From positions 1 through 38,813 of the IMG/VR virus record IMGVR_UViG_3300046000_005732: a stretch of 38,813 bases of DNA, one strand, 5' to 3'. The DNA is from a virus (Duplodnaviria; Caudoviricetes). Below, one piece after another: positions 10,501 to 20,183 of this stretch; position 1 is the first letter of the stretch; every line of letters starts with the position of its first letter. The notes below the pieces were generated by a model that saw only the letters and a program-made list of their open reading frames with translations, did no database searches and was not told the origin of the DNA. The position numbers were made by a program, and so were the translations under genes.

Positions 10501-11122
10501 TCGGATGAGCATCTATGATGTTGCCGGAATTTGGATGACCGGCTGGATAAATTTCATCTGTTACATATACATCGCGCAATGAACCTAGATGCGCTAATTT
10601 TAAATTAGCATATGCGCGAGAATCGCGGTAATATAAATTAACCGCGCCTTCGGATATAGAATCGGTAGTATTTGCAAAATTTGCAATTGCAGCTAAATTT
10701 GCAGAAATGGTACCTAAATTCCAGTCAACTATAATTGAAGGGGTACCTGCGGTGAATGCTCTTCTAGCTAAGGCGTTAGAGAAATAAAGGTTATTTGAAC
10801 CTTGTGCTATATCATCCGTAGTAAGTGTTGCAAGATTTGCTGCTACTTGTCCAGGTGTCCAAATATTACCCGTCCAAATTAAACCATATCCAATACTAGC
10901 TAAACTATTACCAGTATTGCTTCTAGTTTCAACATCAAATAAATCATTAATACTAGTTAATGATAAATTTGCAAATACTCTACTATTAGAGTAATAAAGA
11001 TTTGATACTTCTCGTACGTTAGCAGTAGTAAGAAAGGCGGATAAGTCCGCCAAACTAATATTAGCTAAGGCATTTGCCGCTGAACCGCCGCCGCCCTGTG
11101 AAAATACTCTTGCTTTTGTCAT
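7523..11122 (-). CDS. Long tail fibre-like protein
   Basis: About six T..L.EG..NLYY...R repeats; LxWtGxxW motifs; NDKNIVLA motif; C-terminal F....YRSAKY...EILVMHDG...Y domain seen in T4-like fibres. Confidence 0.75.
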   Translation of the reverse strand: MTKARVFSQGGGGSAANALANISLADLSAFLTTANVREVSNLYYSNSRVFANLSLTSINDLFDVETRSNTGNSLASIGYGLIWTGNIWTPGQVAANLATLTTDDIAQGSNNLYFSNALARRAFTAGTPSIIVDWNLGTISANLAAIANFANTTDSISEGAVNLYYRDSRAYANLKLAHLGSLRDVYVTDEIYPAGHPNSGNIIDAHPNGGALVYNSAASAFFVERIVPTVSDLSNALSNLNTDALLEGSNNLYYRNSRVVSNLANLSLNVFADVDTVSTAPTLGYVLTWTGSVWEPRASNVGNVGVISTATNANFANLAGISNVALVANQANIANFATLAAVSNSTVFAERSNVANISLSTVFAERSNVANSTVFAEKSNVANLVLSLSNFTTTNLAEGSNLYYTDSRVFANVSQMSIDALYDVSTSIANVGEVLTWSGTNWYSGATVGAAQSAQFAERSNVANLVLSLSNFTTDNLTEGSNNFYYTSNRLAADIQSAIYRKDIELDDLILGGDLTVQGNAVLLNVSNVRTESRTLTLALNSGSPSSAEGSGIYIDGANARFTYGQTDDGFGLNKNLTVLGNILPAISGVYNIGSPSKLWRGIYVGAQTIFLGNLAISDSGGGGIQIQDQFGNPAGIDLANLVSTQFVTVNRLSPGTASEINGYFGGNVQQFTSGQTANIYFGVLKDGTLNKFAGMRITETKDNSPNVRSDIHFYNDREGTVDSTARLSLLGTGNIVLNSNLVTINGIRLIDNFGNFVGNAYLGTKDVAIERGGTAANTRSDARQNIFSDFSNGLVAKVGGATNTLVAVSIAAGTGVYVTDGDAQAGNPTIAIGQNVHPTASVTFNNVTVDGTLNSNDITATTITATGDLIVSGNLTIRGNVTTVNSTTVSINDKNIVLANNAINAAEADGGGITINGANATFTYSNTGDKFVVNKNLDVAGNIVIGSGTGGNITGLYSISADNIQLSGDKITVLTSVSGSPSSNASFVVNRGTSTDVDLKWDESVDRWQFTNDGTLYYNIPKPEEYDNVTYNISIQAGTIPTNGANLKLVGSKSGNVVSTDVIEIVGDSLINVTRSTDDKILISASAGTKVIENVDNSGDYVLDLFGSTVYRSAKYLYTAKTTAYLSGGPHFASGEILVMHDGANTYITQYALLSSSADDIVTVTTDINNSNVRLLARATLGGTLATVRLTGITYTEI
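9705..10090 (-). repeat. Exact intragenic direct repeats (38 nt at 9705-9742/9948-9985; 36 nt at 10010-10045/10055-10090)
   Basis: Identical DNA copies encoding NVANLVLSLSNFT and STVFAERSNVAN. Confidence 0.85.
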
Positions 11123-11146
11123 TCTTTTTCCAGAAATTCTCTCTAT

Positions 11147-11154
11147 TATTTATA
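11147..11154 (-). promoter_or_regulatory. T4 late promoter TATAAATA
   Basis: Perfect consensus about 25 nt upstream of the start at 11122. Confidence 0.8.
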
Positions 11155-11275
11155 ATATTCCACATTTGGATACTAAATAGTATTACATGAAAAAGAATAT
11201 CAAATTATTGCATCTATTATAGTTTATCCATTCATATGAAGTTATGCCTACTCACACTATAACTATCTTATGCTA

Positions 11276-12352
11276 CTAAGGCATTTGATACCAACCATTG
11301 CCCGTATAAACATTCAACACATCTTGAAAATATTTCTCATATAAAGGAGCAACATTTTCTAATAAAAACTTCTCGCCGAATTTTCTACAATCCGAAGGTT
11401 TTATTTTATCAAGATTTTTTATAGCTTCAACGAAGTCTGCAAAAGTTCTGCATCTATAACCAGTTACACCATTAGGATTATTTTCAACAAACGCTCCCCA
11501 ATCTGTAGTAATTGTAGGCGTTCCAGATAATAAACTTTCTACTTGTACCCCACCAAACGGCTCAATATACATTGATGCAACAAAAAGCCCTTTGGCTTTA
11601 GACATTAATTTTTTTCTTGTTGCAATATCCGCATATCCCACAAATTCTACATGATCTGGAAATTGAATATTATCCGGATTTTGCCCGGCAACAACTAATT
11701 TAACACCTGCCGCCTTTGCTGCTTGTACTGCAATATGAATACCTTTACCTTCATATACTCGACTTAGAAATAAAATATAATCTTCTTTTTCTTCGGAGTA
11801 TTCAAAATCTTCAGAATCAAAGTAATTTGGAATAACTGTATCATACCAATCGGAACGACAATTACCGACGCCTTCCATACCATAATAGGCATGCATAATA
11901 GCATAAGACTCAAATATTTTCCAACGAGCCCAATGTCCACCTGCATATCCTATGCCCGGTTCAACCACAATCATATCATGATTGTGTGCGTCACATACTG
12001 CTTTTACTCCACTTCCCCAAAAGGGTAAAATGAAATCGTTTTTTTGTTTTCTTTTTCCTACTTCGCGAATAGCATTTTTATAAAATGTTTGGTACGCATA
12101 ATCATTGGTATCAAACTTAAAAAAGTTTTTTCTCCAATCATGATCACCATACGCAATTTTAAAATCTTCGTTAGTTAATACAGTAACATGCTCAGAACAA
12201 ATTAAATCCGAATCTTCGTGTCCATAATGTATTACAGTATGACCTCGTTCAGTCATCATCTTACCAAATTTAACTACCTTTTGTGTATAAGCACATGCGT
12301 TATATTCTTTAGATGATACTGTATGCGGCAATCCTAAAATATGAAATCTCAT
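11276..12352 (-). CDS. Glycosyltransferase, GT-B fold (family 4-like)
   Basis: LFLSR...KG..IA and [19 protein letters not shown] (E-x7-E) motifs; ATG at 12352 (MRFHIL) preferred over TTG at 12364. Confidence 0.9.
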   Translation of the reverse strand: MRFHILGLPHTVSSKEYNACAYTQKVVKFGKMMTERGHTVIHYGHEDSDLICSEHVTVLTNEDFKIAYGDHDWRKNFFKFDTNDYAYQTFYKNAIREVGKRKQKNDFILPFWGSGVKAVCDAHNHDMIVVEPGIGYAGGHWARWKIFESYAIMHAYYGMEGVGNCRSDWYDTVIPNYFDSEDFEYSEEKEDYILFLSRVYEGKGIHIAVQAAKAAGVKLVVAGQNPDNIQFPDHVEFVGYADIATRKKLMSKAKGLFVASMYIEPFGGVQVESLLSGTPTITTDWGAFVENNPNGVTGYRCRTFADFVEAIKNLDKIKPSDCRKFGEKFLLENVAPLYEKYFQDVLNVYTGNGWYQMP

Positions 12353-12387
12353 AATATCTTTCAAAAAATTTATTATCTAATACTACT

Positions 12388-12395
12388 TATTTATC
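12388..12395 (-). promoter_or_regulatory. Late promoter variant (GATAAATA)
   Basis: ATAAATA core in the intergenic gap upstream of the glycosyltransferase. Confidence 0.5.
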
Positions 12396-12401
12396 CTCAT
12401 C

Positions 12402-14351
12402 TCACCTAGCCTTTAGTGCCGCTACTTCCAATTTAAGTTCGTCAACCATTTGTGATAATTCTTTTACTGCTGCTGTCAAAGCGGGGACTACCTTACTGTA
12501 ATCTACTGATTGCGGTTTAATTTTGCCGTTTTCATCTACTGCATCCTTTTCACCAAATACACATTTTGGTAAAATTTCTTGTATTTCGTGAGCAATAAAT
12601 CCCGGATAAACTCCAATTTCCGGTTGATTTATCCAAGTATATGTAACGGGTCTAAGTTGATTAATTAATTGTAATCCATCGGACAACAACTCCACATTTT
12701 CCTTTTGCCTATAATCTGATGCAACAGTATGGCCTCCACCTGCGGCGGAAAAATATAGAACACCCCCAGCTTGCTTAGCAATCGCACCGTTATCTGCCGC
12801 TAAGGTCGGACCAGTATCACCAAACGTAATCCAATTTATTGCAGGTGATGTTACAAATAACGCCATTGCTGTGCCGGCGGTTGTAGTAGTACTTGCTGCT
12901 ATAGCAGGGTGCGCACCATTTGCAAGAAAATACGCTTTCCAATTAGGAGATCCGGGATTGGTTGCAGTACCTACAACCAATTCTCCACTGGAGTATACAT
13001 ATAATCCATTGCCTACGCCTGTTACCGCAACATCTGTAGTAAAACTTTTAATGCCACTAATAGTTTGAGTGGTATTCGTTGTTACAAACAACGAAGTATC
13101 CGGCGGGGCTCCTGTTGCGCCAGGCGGTCCTGCTATTGTGGATGCAGCACCCGTTGCCCCGGTAGATCCTCGTATTCCCGTAGCGCCGGTTAATCCGGTT
13201 GCACCCGCCACTGTTGAAGCGGGTCCAGGTGAACCGGTTGCTCCAGTTGCACCGGGCGGACCTGCTACCGTTGAAGCGGGTCCTGATGCGCCGGTTGCCC
13301 CTGTTGCACCCAACAGTCCTGTAGCGCCGGTTAGCCCTGTTGCTCCAGCACCGGTTGCTCCTGCGACACCTGTCGCCCCCGAAGCACCTGTTGCACCCGC
13401 AACACCCGTTGCGCCAGCGCCGGTCGCTCCTTGAATGCCCTGAATACCAGTTGATCCAGTTGCACCTGCAACACCTGTTGCTCCAGTGGCACCTGTTGAT
13501 CCTAATGAACCAGTTGCGCCCGTTGCGCCAGCAACTCCCGTAGCCCCTGCCAATCCTGTTGCACCCGTTATTCCGGTAGCACCCGTTGTTCCTATAGTAC
13601 CTGTAGCACCGGTTGCACCCGTATCACCGCCGGTGCCAGTTGCGCCTGTTGTTCCGGCAGGTCCAGTTGCGCCTGTTGCGCCAATACCCGTTGACCCAGC
13701 CCCGCCTGTTGCACCGGTTAATCCGGTCGCACCCATATCACCTGTAGCACCCGTTGCACCTAAACCTGTAGAGCCCGACGGACCAGTTGCACCTGATGCG
13801 CCGGTTGCTCCCCTAAGTCCAGTTGCGCCAGTCGGACCACCTACAAGTAATGTTGCGCCAGTTGCGCCTTGTGGGCCGGGTGGGCCTGCTGGGCCGGTTT
13901 GTCCTGCTGCTCCACCTAATACCGGCATAATTGTAACAATATCATCTACATCGGTAGGTGTATATAGTGTTACTGAATTTGTACCTAAAAGATAATCTCC
14001 GAGTTCAACACCGCCGCCTGGAGAAATAAGAACACCATTTACCCATACTAATACTACGTCTGTATTGGAATTAAATGATAACGCATCTCCCCTTAAACTA
14101 ACCGAAGAGCTAGTAAAAGTATTTGTGGGGCTTGCAGTAATATAATCATATCTAACAGATACCTCGGCGTTAGATTCAATCGTGTCCCAATATCGAGTAC
14201 CGTTTGTATCGCCACGTAAAAAATATCGATTCCCGCCGGGTAACCCTAGATTTGGTTCAGCATTTTCGATATTTAAATAACGATAACGATCATCCGCGGC
14301 ATTCGCGGGACTTAATACTTTTACTTTTCCACTTAAACTAGGGAGAGACAT
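12402..14351 (-). CDS. Collagen-like tail fibre with a C-terminal intramolecular chaperone (peptidase S74) (cassette gene C, copy 2)
   Basis: About 270 aa of mostly Gly-X-Y (GAT) repeats; SDYRQKENV...LRPVTYTW...[12 protein letters not shown]...VDYSK...AVKEL plus coiled coil, the S74 autocleaving chaperone pattern. Confidence 0.9.
   Translation of the reverse strand: MSLPSLSGKVKVLSPANAADDRYRYLNIENAEPNLGLPGGNRYFLRGDTNGTRYWDTIESNAEVSVRYDYITASPTNTFTSSSVSLRGDALSFNSNTDVVLVWVNGVLISPGGGVELGDYLLGTNSVTLYTPTDVDDIVTIMPVLGGAAGQTGPAGPPGPQGATGATLLVGGPTGATGLRGATGASGATGPSGSTGLGATGATGDMGATGLTGATGGAGSTGIGATGATGPAGTTGATGTGGDTGATGATGTIGTTGATGITGATGLAGATGVAGATGATGSLGSTGATGATGVAGATGSTGIQGIQGATGAGATGVAGATGASGATGVAGATGAGATGLTGATGLLGATGATGASGPASTVAGPPGATGATGSPGPASTVAGATGLTGATGIRGSTGATGAASTIAGPPGATGAPPDTSLFVTTNTTQTISGIKSFTTDVAVTGVGNGLYVYSSGELVVGTATNPGSPNWKAYFLANGAHPAIAASTTTTAGTAMALFVTSPAINWITFGDTGPTLAADNGAIAKQAGGVLYFSAAGGGHTVASDYRQKENVELLSDGLQLINQLRPVTYTWINQPEIGVYPGFIAHEIQEILPKCVFGEKDAVDENGKIKPQSVDYSKVVPALTAAVKELSQMVDELKLEVAALKAR
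13100..13915 (-). repeat. Collagen-like (Gly-Ala-Thr)n coding repeat
   Basis: Degenerate 9 nt periodicity (e.g. gcaccggtt) and locally high GC. Confidence 0.9.
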
Positions 14352-14357
14352 ATTTTA

Positions 14358-14720
14358 TTATTGTAGTGACGTTTCTAATAAACTTAAAAGTACTTTAAGT
14401 GTAGCATTTGCACTACCCTTAATTAATACTGCTTGATCTTCTTCCAAAACAATTTTACCAACGATAACCGAAGATGCATCTTTTCTCGGAATATCAAAAT
14501 CCTGAACCAACTCAGTATCAGTAATTATTTGACTTCCGCCAAATAAAATGTTTGACCTATGTATAAAAGTAACATTTGCGTCATTATTACTTATATTACT
14601 TACCTGTGCGGTCAAAATAATTGTAGCAACTTCTGGCGGAGTAGTATATAATAACGTAGACTCCGTAGTCACATTTGCAGTAATTGTTCTAAACGTATTT
14701 AAGGGAACTAGCGTTGCCAT
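14358..14720 (-). CDS. Small virion/fibre-associated protein (cassette gene B, copy 2)
   Basis: Paralogue of 2987..3328. Confidence 0.7.
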   Translation of the reverse strand: MATLVPLNTFRTITANVTTESTLLYTTPPEVATIILTAQVSNISNNDANVTFIHRSNILFGGSQIITDTELVQDFDIPRKDASSVIVGKIVLEEDQAVLIKGSANATLKVLLSLLETSLQ

Positions 14721-14729
14721 CTTTATCCT

Positions 14730-17633
14730 CTATTGTAATGCTAATATATATGGTGTCATTACGGCGAACAAACTCTTATTGAATGTTCTTCCATTAATAG
14801 TACCCGTCGCTCTGTTTATTAATAGTTCATTACCAATTCTAAAATCACCTTTGTGATCTGTACTTGTATAATAAACTGCGCCGCCTCTAGATTCAATTAC
14901 TTCATTTTCCTGAATAGGAATTCCGCCATTGAATGGGAAAGCAGTTGTTAAGTTATTTCCGGCACCAACATATTCAAACGTATGACTACTGGTTGAAAGA
15001 TAACTACCTTGGTGAAAACTAATCCGCGAATTAGCAAGAGGTCTATCTATACGGAATATCTTTTCGTCGAAAGACACTATACAAGTATTGCTTGTTACAT
15101 TGGTTGTTTCACCTACTGTGTAGAAATTTCTAGTTCCATTACTCAAATCTGTCCAATTTTGATTAACATACTCAAGCACTTCTGCTCTAATAAAGTCTCT
15201 ATTTGCTAAAATTATCTGAGTCGCAATAACTATATTAGAGTCGGTGTTTGCAGTTAAACTAATCGGCTCAATATTATATTGAACGTTTTCATATGTCGGC
15301 CCGTTGTTAATAATATTAGTAATATCATCCACTCTATTACGAACATACAAAATTTCACTAGGTGTTACATTCGCAACAAACGATGTATTTTGCAAATATG
15401 TTGTCTGATATGTATTAGCAATTGGAGTTAATGTTAAAATATCATCTATAATTGTTTTAATATATGCAAATGCGCCGCTTGTTTGTACAGCTTGATTTTC
15501 AATTGCTGAAACATTTTGTAAGTAATCATAATACAATACTGCCTGTGTAATAGTTTGTCTATTCCCGTCATTCGAAATATCAAATGTCAATGCATCTATT
15601 AATTTGCCTACATCAGAAAATACCGTCCTATTCGGCATATACGTTGCATAAGAATAATTATTTGCAAAGAATGTTGCTGCCTCCGATTGCATAAAATTCT
15701 TATTTGCGATTAACAAATTCGCAGTATTTCTTAACGCAGTATCAACATTTGCAGGATACTTATTAGGTACTATCTTGTCAGTTACTCCATATATACCATT
15801 ATTATAGATATTTAAAAATAAATCAAATATATTAGCAACTAAATTCGCAGTATAACCTGTACCGGGCGATGCTCCTAGAATAACTTGAGTATTTGTTCCT
15901 TGGAATGGTGTACTTACGCTATTATCCCACAATGTACTATTAAGCACAACATTTGTAGCAAGTGTTTTTAAATATTCGAATGTAGTACTTACTTCAACTT
16001 TTTGATCCAATACTCTATTCAAACCCTGCGAAGAATATTGTAATCCCGAAAATCTAGATTGTGTATTACTTTGATATGCTAAATCAAATGCCAATGAATC
16101 AACAATAAGACCAGTATCACGGAAACATTTTTCCTGATTATAATTGGCCATTATTACTTTATCTTGTATATTTGGTCTCTTCGTGGTCTCAATTTCTACA
16201 GATCTACTAGATATCTGACGTATAACCTTACCGGAATATAATTTAGGACTTACTCCGTCAGCAACTAAACCAAATCTACCAAAAGAAGTATTTGAGTTAG
16301 TAACCGATGCAAACCCGCCCGACTCTGCAAGAATAGAATATTCGCAACAAATTGTAAACAATGAAACCAATTGCATATATCCACTATTCAATAGATAAAT
16401 GCCTATTCCGCCTTCGTTGAATTGTGTGAATGCATCTAAAACCATTGATCTATTGCCCGTAGCATAATTACCATCTACTCTAATGCCAGTACCAGTAGTT
16501 GTAATTGACGAGCAATTTTGAATATATGGGCTAGTAGTAATATTACCAGCAGAACCATCTGGATTATATGAAAATACTGCAGATGCATTTCTTACATTAT
16601 TCGGATTTGCTGCTCGGTGACCTCTGAAAGTAAATCCATTTACATATGCGCCATTGTTTATATAGAACATATCATCGGTTGGATTTTCAGGAATTATATC
16701 AATAGTACGTAAATCATTTCCAACTAACGATACTTTTCTAGGAATCGTTACTGGATTATTATGTAGTGTATATTGTCCCGGGAATACCTTAACCGACCAA
16801 TACGCATTTACTCTACTTAGTGCCACGTGAATATTTGCAATAGCATTTGGCATTGTTAAGCCATCTAATCTATCATCGCCATTAATAGCAACATAGATTA
16901 CATTTGCGTTTGGTTTTCTTAATTGATTTAAATCTGGAGCTAAAGCAGCAATTGCTCTAGCATTCGAGAAGTATAAATTAATATTACCTTCTCGTAAATT
17001 ATCTGTAGTTACATTTGCTAAGCTAACTTGTGTTACGATATTGGATAAATCGCCTACTCGTATTTTACCATTAGCCTCATCATAACTTATTGTTTCATTT
17101 CCTGCACTAATGGCTCGTCTAATTCGTTGATCGCTAATATTAGCTTCGGGCAATATTACACTTGTTTTTAATCCTGGACTTGTGCCCAATATGACCCATC
17201 CATTAGAATAACTATTGCTGCTATATATTAGCATAATAGTATCGCCTCTTGTATCAAATGTTACTGATACGTTAGGAAATATTCTTGAATTTGCGGTAGT
17301 TAATTCTACTCTTCCGCCGGAAACATTGGCAAGTGTAATTATCTTAATTACCCCATCTATAGAAGATTCAGGTAATTTTGGATATACTACAAGTGGCCCC
17401 ACACTAAATTCTGTTCTAGATTTAGTTAAACTAATAGTTTGATTACTATCAGTTCCTTTAATCAATTGAACGCCCTCTAAGATAACCCTACCTTTTAAAA
17501 TAGGGTTATTTAGATTTTCTAGAATTACGTTCGCAGCATATTTCTTACTGATACCATTATCTATTCCGTAGAAAAAGGTGGTATCAGTAAGAGATGTCGC
17601 GCCAATTAAATCAGATAACTTTAAATCTGCCAT
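14730..17633 (-). CDS. Tail fibre/tailspike-like protein with a putative beta-helix (cassette gene A, copy 2)
   Basis: Shares AVFSYNPDGSAG.I.TSPYIQN.SSITTTGTG.RVDGNY, F.ICC, KC.RDTGLI.DSLAFDLAYQSNTQS and the C-terminus with 3336..7520. Confidence 0.75.
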   Translation of the reverse strand: MADLKLSDLIGATSLTDTTFFYGIDNGISKKYAANVILENLNNPILKGRVILEGVQLIKGTDSNQTISLTKSRTEFSVGPLVVYPKLPESSIDGVIKIITLANVSGGRVELTTANSRIFPNVSVTFDTRGDTIMLIYSSNSYSNGWVILGTSPGLKTSVILPEANISDQRIRRAISAGNETISYDEANGKIRVGDLSNIVTQVSLANVTTDNLREGNINLYFSNARAIAALAPDLNQLRKPNANVIYVAINGDDRLDGLTMPNAIANIHVALSRVNAYWSVKVFPGQYTLHNNPVTIPRKVSLVGNDLRTIDIIPENPTDDMFYINNGAYVNGFTFRGHRAANPNNVRNASAVFSYNPDGSAGNITTSPYIQNCSSITTTGTGIRVDGNYATGNRSMVLDAFTQFNEGGIGIYLLNSGYMQLVSLFTICCEYSILAESGGFASVTNSNTSFGRFGLVADGVSPKLYSGKVIRQISSRSVEIETTKRPNIQDKVIMANYNQEKCFRDTGLIVDSLAFDLAYQSNTQSRFSGLQYSSQGLNRVLDQKVEVSTTFEYLKTLATNVVLNSTLWDNSVSTPFQGTNTQVILGASPGTGYTANLVANIFDLFLNIYNNGIYGVTDKIVPNKYPANVDTALRNTANLLIANKNFMQSEAATFFANNYSYATYMPNRTVFSDVGKLIDALTFDISNDGNRQTITQAVLYYDYLQNVSAIENQAVQTSGAFAYIKTIIDDILTLTPIANTYQTTYLQNTSFVANVTPSEILYVRNRVDDITNIINNGPTYENVQYNIEPISLTANTDSNIVIATQIILANRDFIRAEVLEYVNQNWTDLSNGTRNFYTVGETTNVTSNTCIVSFDEKIFRIDRPLANSRISFHQGSYLSTSSHTFEYVGAGNNLTTAFPFNGGIPIQENEVIESRGGAVYYTSTDHKGDFRIGNELLINRATGTINGRTFNKSLFAVMTPYILALQ

Positions 17634-17659
17634 TATCTCTTCTTATAGAGGTTTAATAA

Positions 17660-18523
17660 TTAAGCGCCTGCTACGATCTGGGATGCATTAGATGTCGCAG
17701 TATCACTTGTACCAGTAGCACTTATAATTGCTCGTACATATCCGTTTACAACATTAGGTGTTGCGTAAATATTAGCAATAGTTACTTGTGCTGTAGCATT
17801 ACTTGTATTTAACGGACCATTGTTACCTAACAATCCAACCCAAACAATATTATTTGGTGAGAATTGCCATGCATATGATACTGTAGGACCTTCCGGAATT
17901 ACATTACCTAATACACTAAAGATTGAGCTAGGCGATGCGGTGTTACCCAATTTAACTGCTGTAGTTTGAACTTGTACAACTACACCATAATCAGGAATAA
18001 CAGTATCATCTGCAGCATCAATTTGTAGTGCAGCTGAACCTGAAGTATTTGCATTAAAGTTTTTAGACATCGCAACTAAAGTTTCTGCTCTTTGTCTTAC
18101 AGAACCTTGGGTATTTGTCCAAGTACTATAATGTGTCCAACCTGTATGAACAATACCTTTAGCTTTAATATCCGGATTTTGAATTTCTAATCTATCCACA
18201 CCGTAGACGTTACGCTTACCAACTTTCAGTTCATAATTTACATTTGCAGTTTGACCGTATGTAAGCAAATCCTTAGGGGATTGTTGAACTGCCATTGCTT
18301 TGCCGGCACCGCTAGCAGCAGTGTAGACATTACTTAATGTTAGTGTTACGTTAGAATCAATCGATGCTACTCTATATTTAACATTTGAGATTAAAAGAGC
18401 ATCTCCTGGTCTAACATTTGCGGTAGTAAAACTACCGATCCCTGTGGTTATATTTGCGGCGCCTTGTACTACGGCACCCGTACCTAGTAACTCTTTATAA
18501 TCTAAATTACCCCATTGTGACAT
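17660..18523 (-). CDS. Virion structural protein
   Basis: MSQWG start, HTGW.HY.T.T..QG.VR...ETLVAM motif and Ig-like YAWQFS C-terminus, as in conserved T4-like structural proteins. Confidence 0.6.
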   Translation of the reverse strand: MSQWGNLDYKELLGTGAVVQGAANITTGIGSFTTANVRPGDALLISNVKYRVASIDSNVTLTLSNVYTAASGAGKAMAVQQSPKDLLTYGQTANVNYELKVGKRNVYGVDRLEIQNPDIKAKGIVHTGWTHYSTWTNTQGSVRQRAETLVAMSKNFNANTSGSAALQIDAADDTVIPDYGVVVQVQTTAVKLGNTASPSSIFSVLGNVIPEGPTVSYAWQFSPNNIVWVGLLGNNGPLNTSNATAQVTIANIYATPNVVNGYVRAIISATGTSDTATSNASQIVAGA

Positions 18524-18575
18524 TCTTATTCCCCTTGAAAATTATGAGCAAGCTATCGACCTTGCACTGTCGGTT

Positions 18576-19556
18576 TTATTTAATTATTTCGCCAGTATGA
18601 ATATACTGTGTAATATTGCCGTCTTTTTCAACGGTATATTCCACGTATGGCTTGTTGGTATCTGGAATATAATTTTCGCCTAAAATATTATATCCTTCTT
18701 TACGATAGTTACTTAATTTATCTGCAAACCCTGCACGAATTAAGGATTCAATAATAATATCGGAATATCCTTCATTGAATGCTTCGGTTGCAATTGCGAC
18801 AATCTCATGTTGGATATTTTCATTTGTACTAGGTACAATTGATTGAATAGCATTAAAATAATCTTTGAATGTCGGGTTATCAGTAACTTCAAGAACAAAA
18901 TCATTGTGATTAATAATTGTCTGAGATGTACCTTCAGCCATTTTCTTAGCTTTTTTGCCTTTAGGCATATCATCTGCATCATCAGGTTCAGCTTTATATT
19001 TCTTGGTATATATTGTACCGGTAGAGACCTTTTTAGTATCAAATTTGCTTTTATCTTTTTTAAGCGCATCTGCTACACTAGGAAAAGCCTCATCGACTTG
19101 CGTGTCTTCTTTCTTCATAGCTTTCTTTTTGCCGCCGTATTCATCTTTGCCTAATCGACCAGCAATAACGTCGCCATGCGTTACTTTATTGTAGGGTTTA
19201 GCATTATTAGCTAAGTTACCATCATTTTCTTCCAATTCATCTTCTTCCTTCATAGCTTTCTTTTTGCTATGCATATGACTTTCTGATTGAAGAATATTTA
19301 ATTGTTCTGTGTATATTTGCTTAGCTCCGGTATCGAATTGGACAGTGTACCATTCAATACTACCATCTTCGTTTGGTTCTGCATGTTCTTCAGAAATGCA
19401 AGTACCTTTGCCGTATAAAGCATGCTCTACATGAGTAGCGCAAAAATGTGCCTTGTCTACATTGTTTTCTTCCACAGGAGCGGCTTGATCTATAGCACTT
19501 TCTCCCAATGTTATTTTTTGAATTGAATCAAATAAGTTTTGTGTTATACGAATCAT
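18576..19556 (-). CDS. Charged hypothetical protein, probable internal head protein
   Basis: K/E-rich low-complexity segments with many xxE sites; HFCATHVEH...WYTVQF small domain; late promoter upstream. Confidence 0.55.
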   Translation of the reverse strand: MIRITQNLFDSIQKITLGESAIDQAAPVEENNVDKAHFCATHVEHALYGKGTCISEEHAEPNEDGSIEWYTVQFDTGAKQIYTEQLNILQSESHMHSKKKAMKEEDELEENDGNLANNAKPYNKVTHGDVIAGRLGKDEYGGKKKAMKKEDTQVDEAFPSVADALKKDKSKFDTKKVSTGTIYTKKYKAEPDDADDMPKGKKAKKMAEGTSQTIINHNDFVLEVTDNPTFKDYFNAIQSIVPSTNENIQHEIVAIATEAFNEGYSDIIIESLIRAGFADKLSNYRKEGYNILGENYIPDTNKPYVEYTVEKDGNITQYIHTGEIIK

Positions 19557-19581
19557 GATAGTCCTTTGTTGTTTACTTAAT

Positions 19582-19589
19582 TATTTATT
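19582..19589 (-). promoter_or_regulatory. Late promoter variant (AATAAATA)
   Basis: About 26 nt upstream of the ATG at 19556, overlapping the stop of the small ORF. Confidence 0.55.
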
Positions 19590-19737
19590 GCGGAAATAAA
19601 GGCTTTTTATTTGGTTTTTTCGAACCTATTTCCCTGTTTTTATTTAGATTAGATTTGCCTGTGGGTGTAGTATGTTTAACGCCCCTGGATATAAGTCCAG
19701 CAAGTAAATTTTCTCTTAGATCTTTTAAAGTTTTCAT
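19585..19737 (-). CDS. Small basic 50 aa protein (MKTLKDLRENLLAG...LFPQ)
   Basis: Not in the ORF track; ATGA overlap with the upstream gene stop; CTS-like start. Confidence 0.65.
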   Translation of the reverse strand: MKTLKDLRENLLAGLISRGVKHTTPTGKSNLNKNREIGSKKPNKKPLFPQ

Positions 19738-20183
19738 ACTTTATTTTTACTACTTAATCGTTTTCTTTCAATGTCCCGTATCTTAGGCATTAACTTATCT
19801 GGTAAATTTTTAATACGTTTTAGTGCAGCTGATATTCTAGCTTCTAACGCATTCTTTTCCGAAGCAGATAATTCACCTTTAGTTCTGCCCTTTAAAAACT
19901 TATTCATTAATATTTTTCTTGCTGATACAGTTGCTCTACGTTTTAATACATTAGTTGCAGCTGATCTTTTTAATTTTACATTTCTTGCGATTGCAAGCAT
20001 AGTTTTTCTAGAGCGCATTTTTTGTCCGCGTTTTAATCTTTCGGTTGCGGATAATGCTTCATCTAAAACAAAGTCACTTTCATCAAATAACTCAATGACA
20101 TCTTCCCATTCTAAAGATTCAATTAAATTGTCAATTTCTTCTTCAGAAATTTCATTTACATCGTATTCTCTAAAGCTAATCAT
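19734..20183 (-). CDS. Basic protein with an acidic leader, probable prohead core/internal protein
   Basis: Start MISFREY at 20183 overlaps the Dps stop (ATGA); acidic N-half then an R/K-rich helix after LDEA. Confidence 0.6.
   Translation of the reverse strand: MISFREYDVNEISEEEIDNLIESLEWEDVIELFDESDFVLDEALSATERLKRGQKMRSRKTMLAIARNVKLKRSAATNVLKRRATVSARKILMNKFLKGRTKGELSASEKNALEARISAALKRIKNLPDKLMPKIRDIERKRLSSKNKV

Noticed and set aside
11160-11275. Intergenic gap with plus-strand CTAAATA and a tiny ORF MKKNIKLLHLL
   Set aside because: Too short, no SD and no convincing RNA structure
12871-13995. Plus-strand Pro/Val/Ala-rich ORFs (PVAPVAP...)
   Set aside because: Antisense shadows of the collagen GAT repeat; no RBS or promoter
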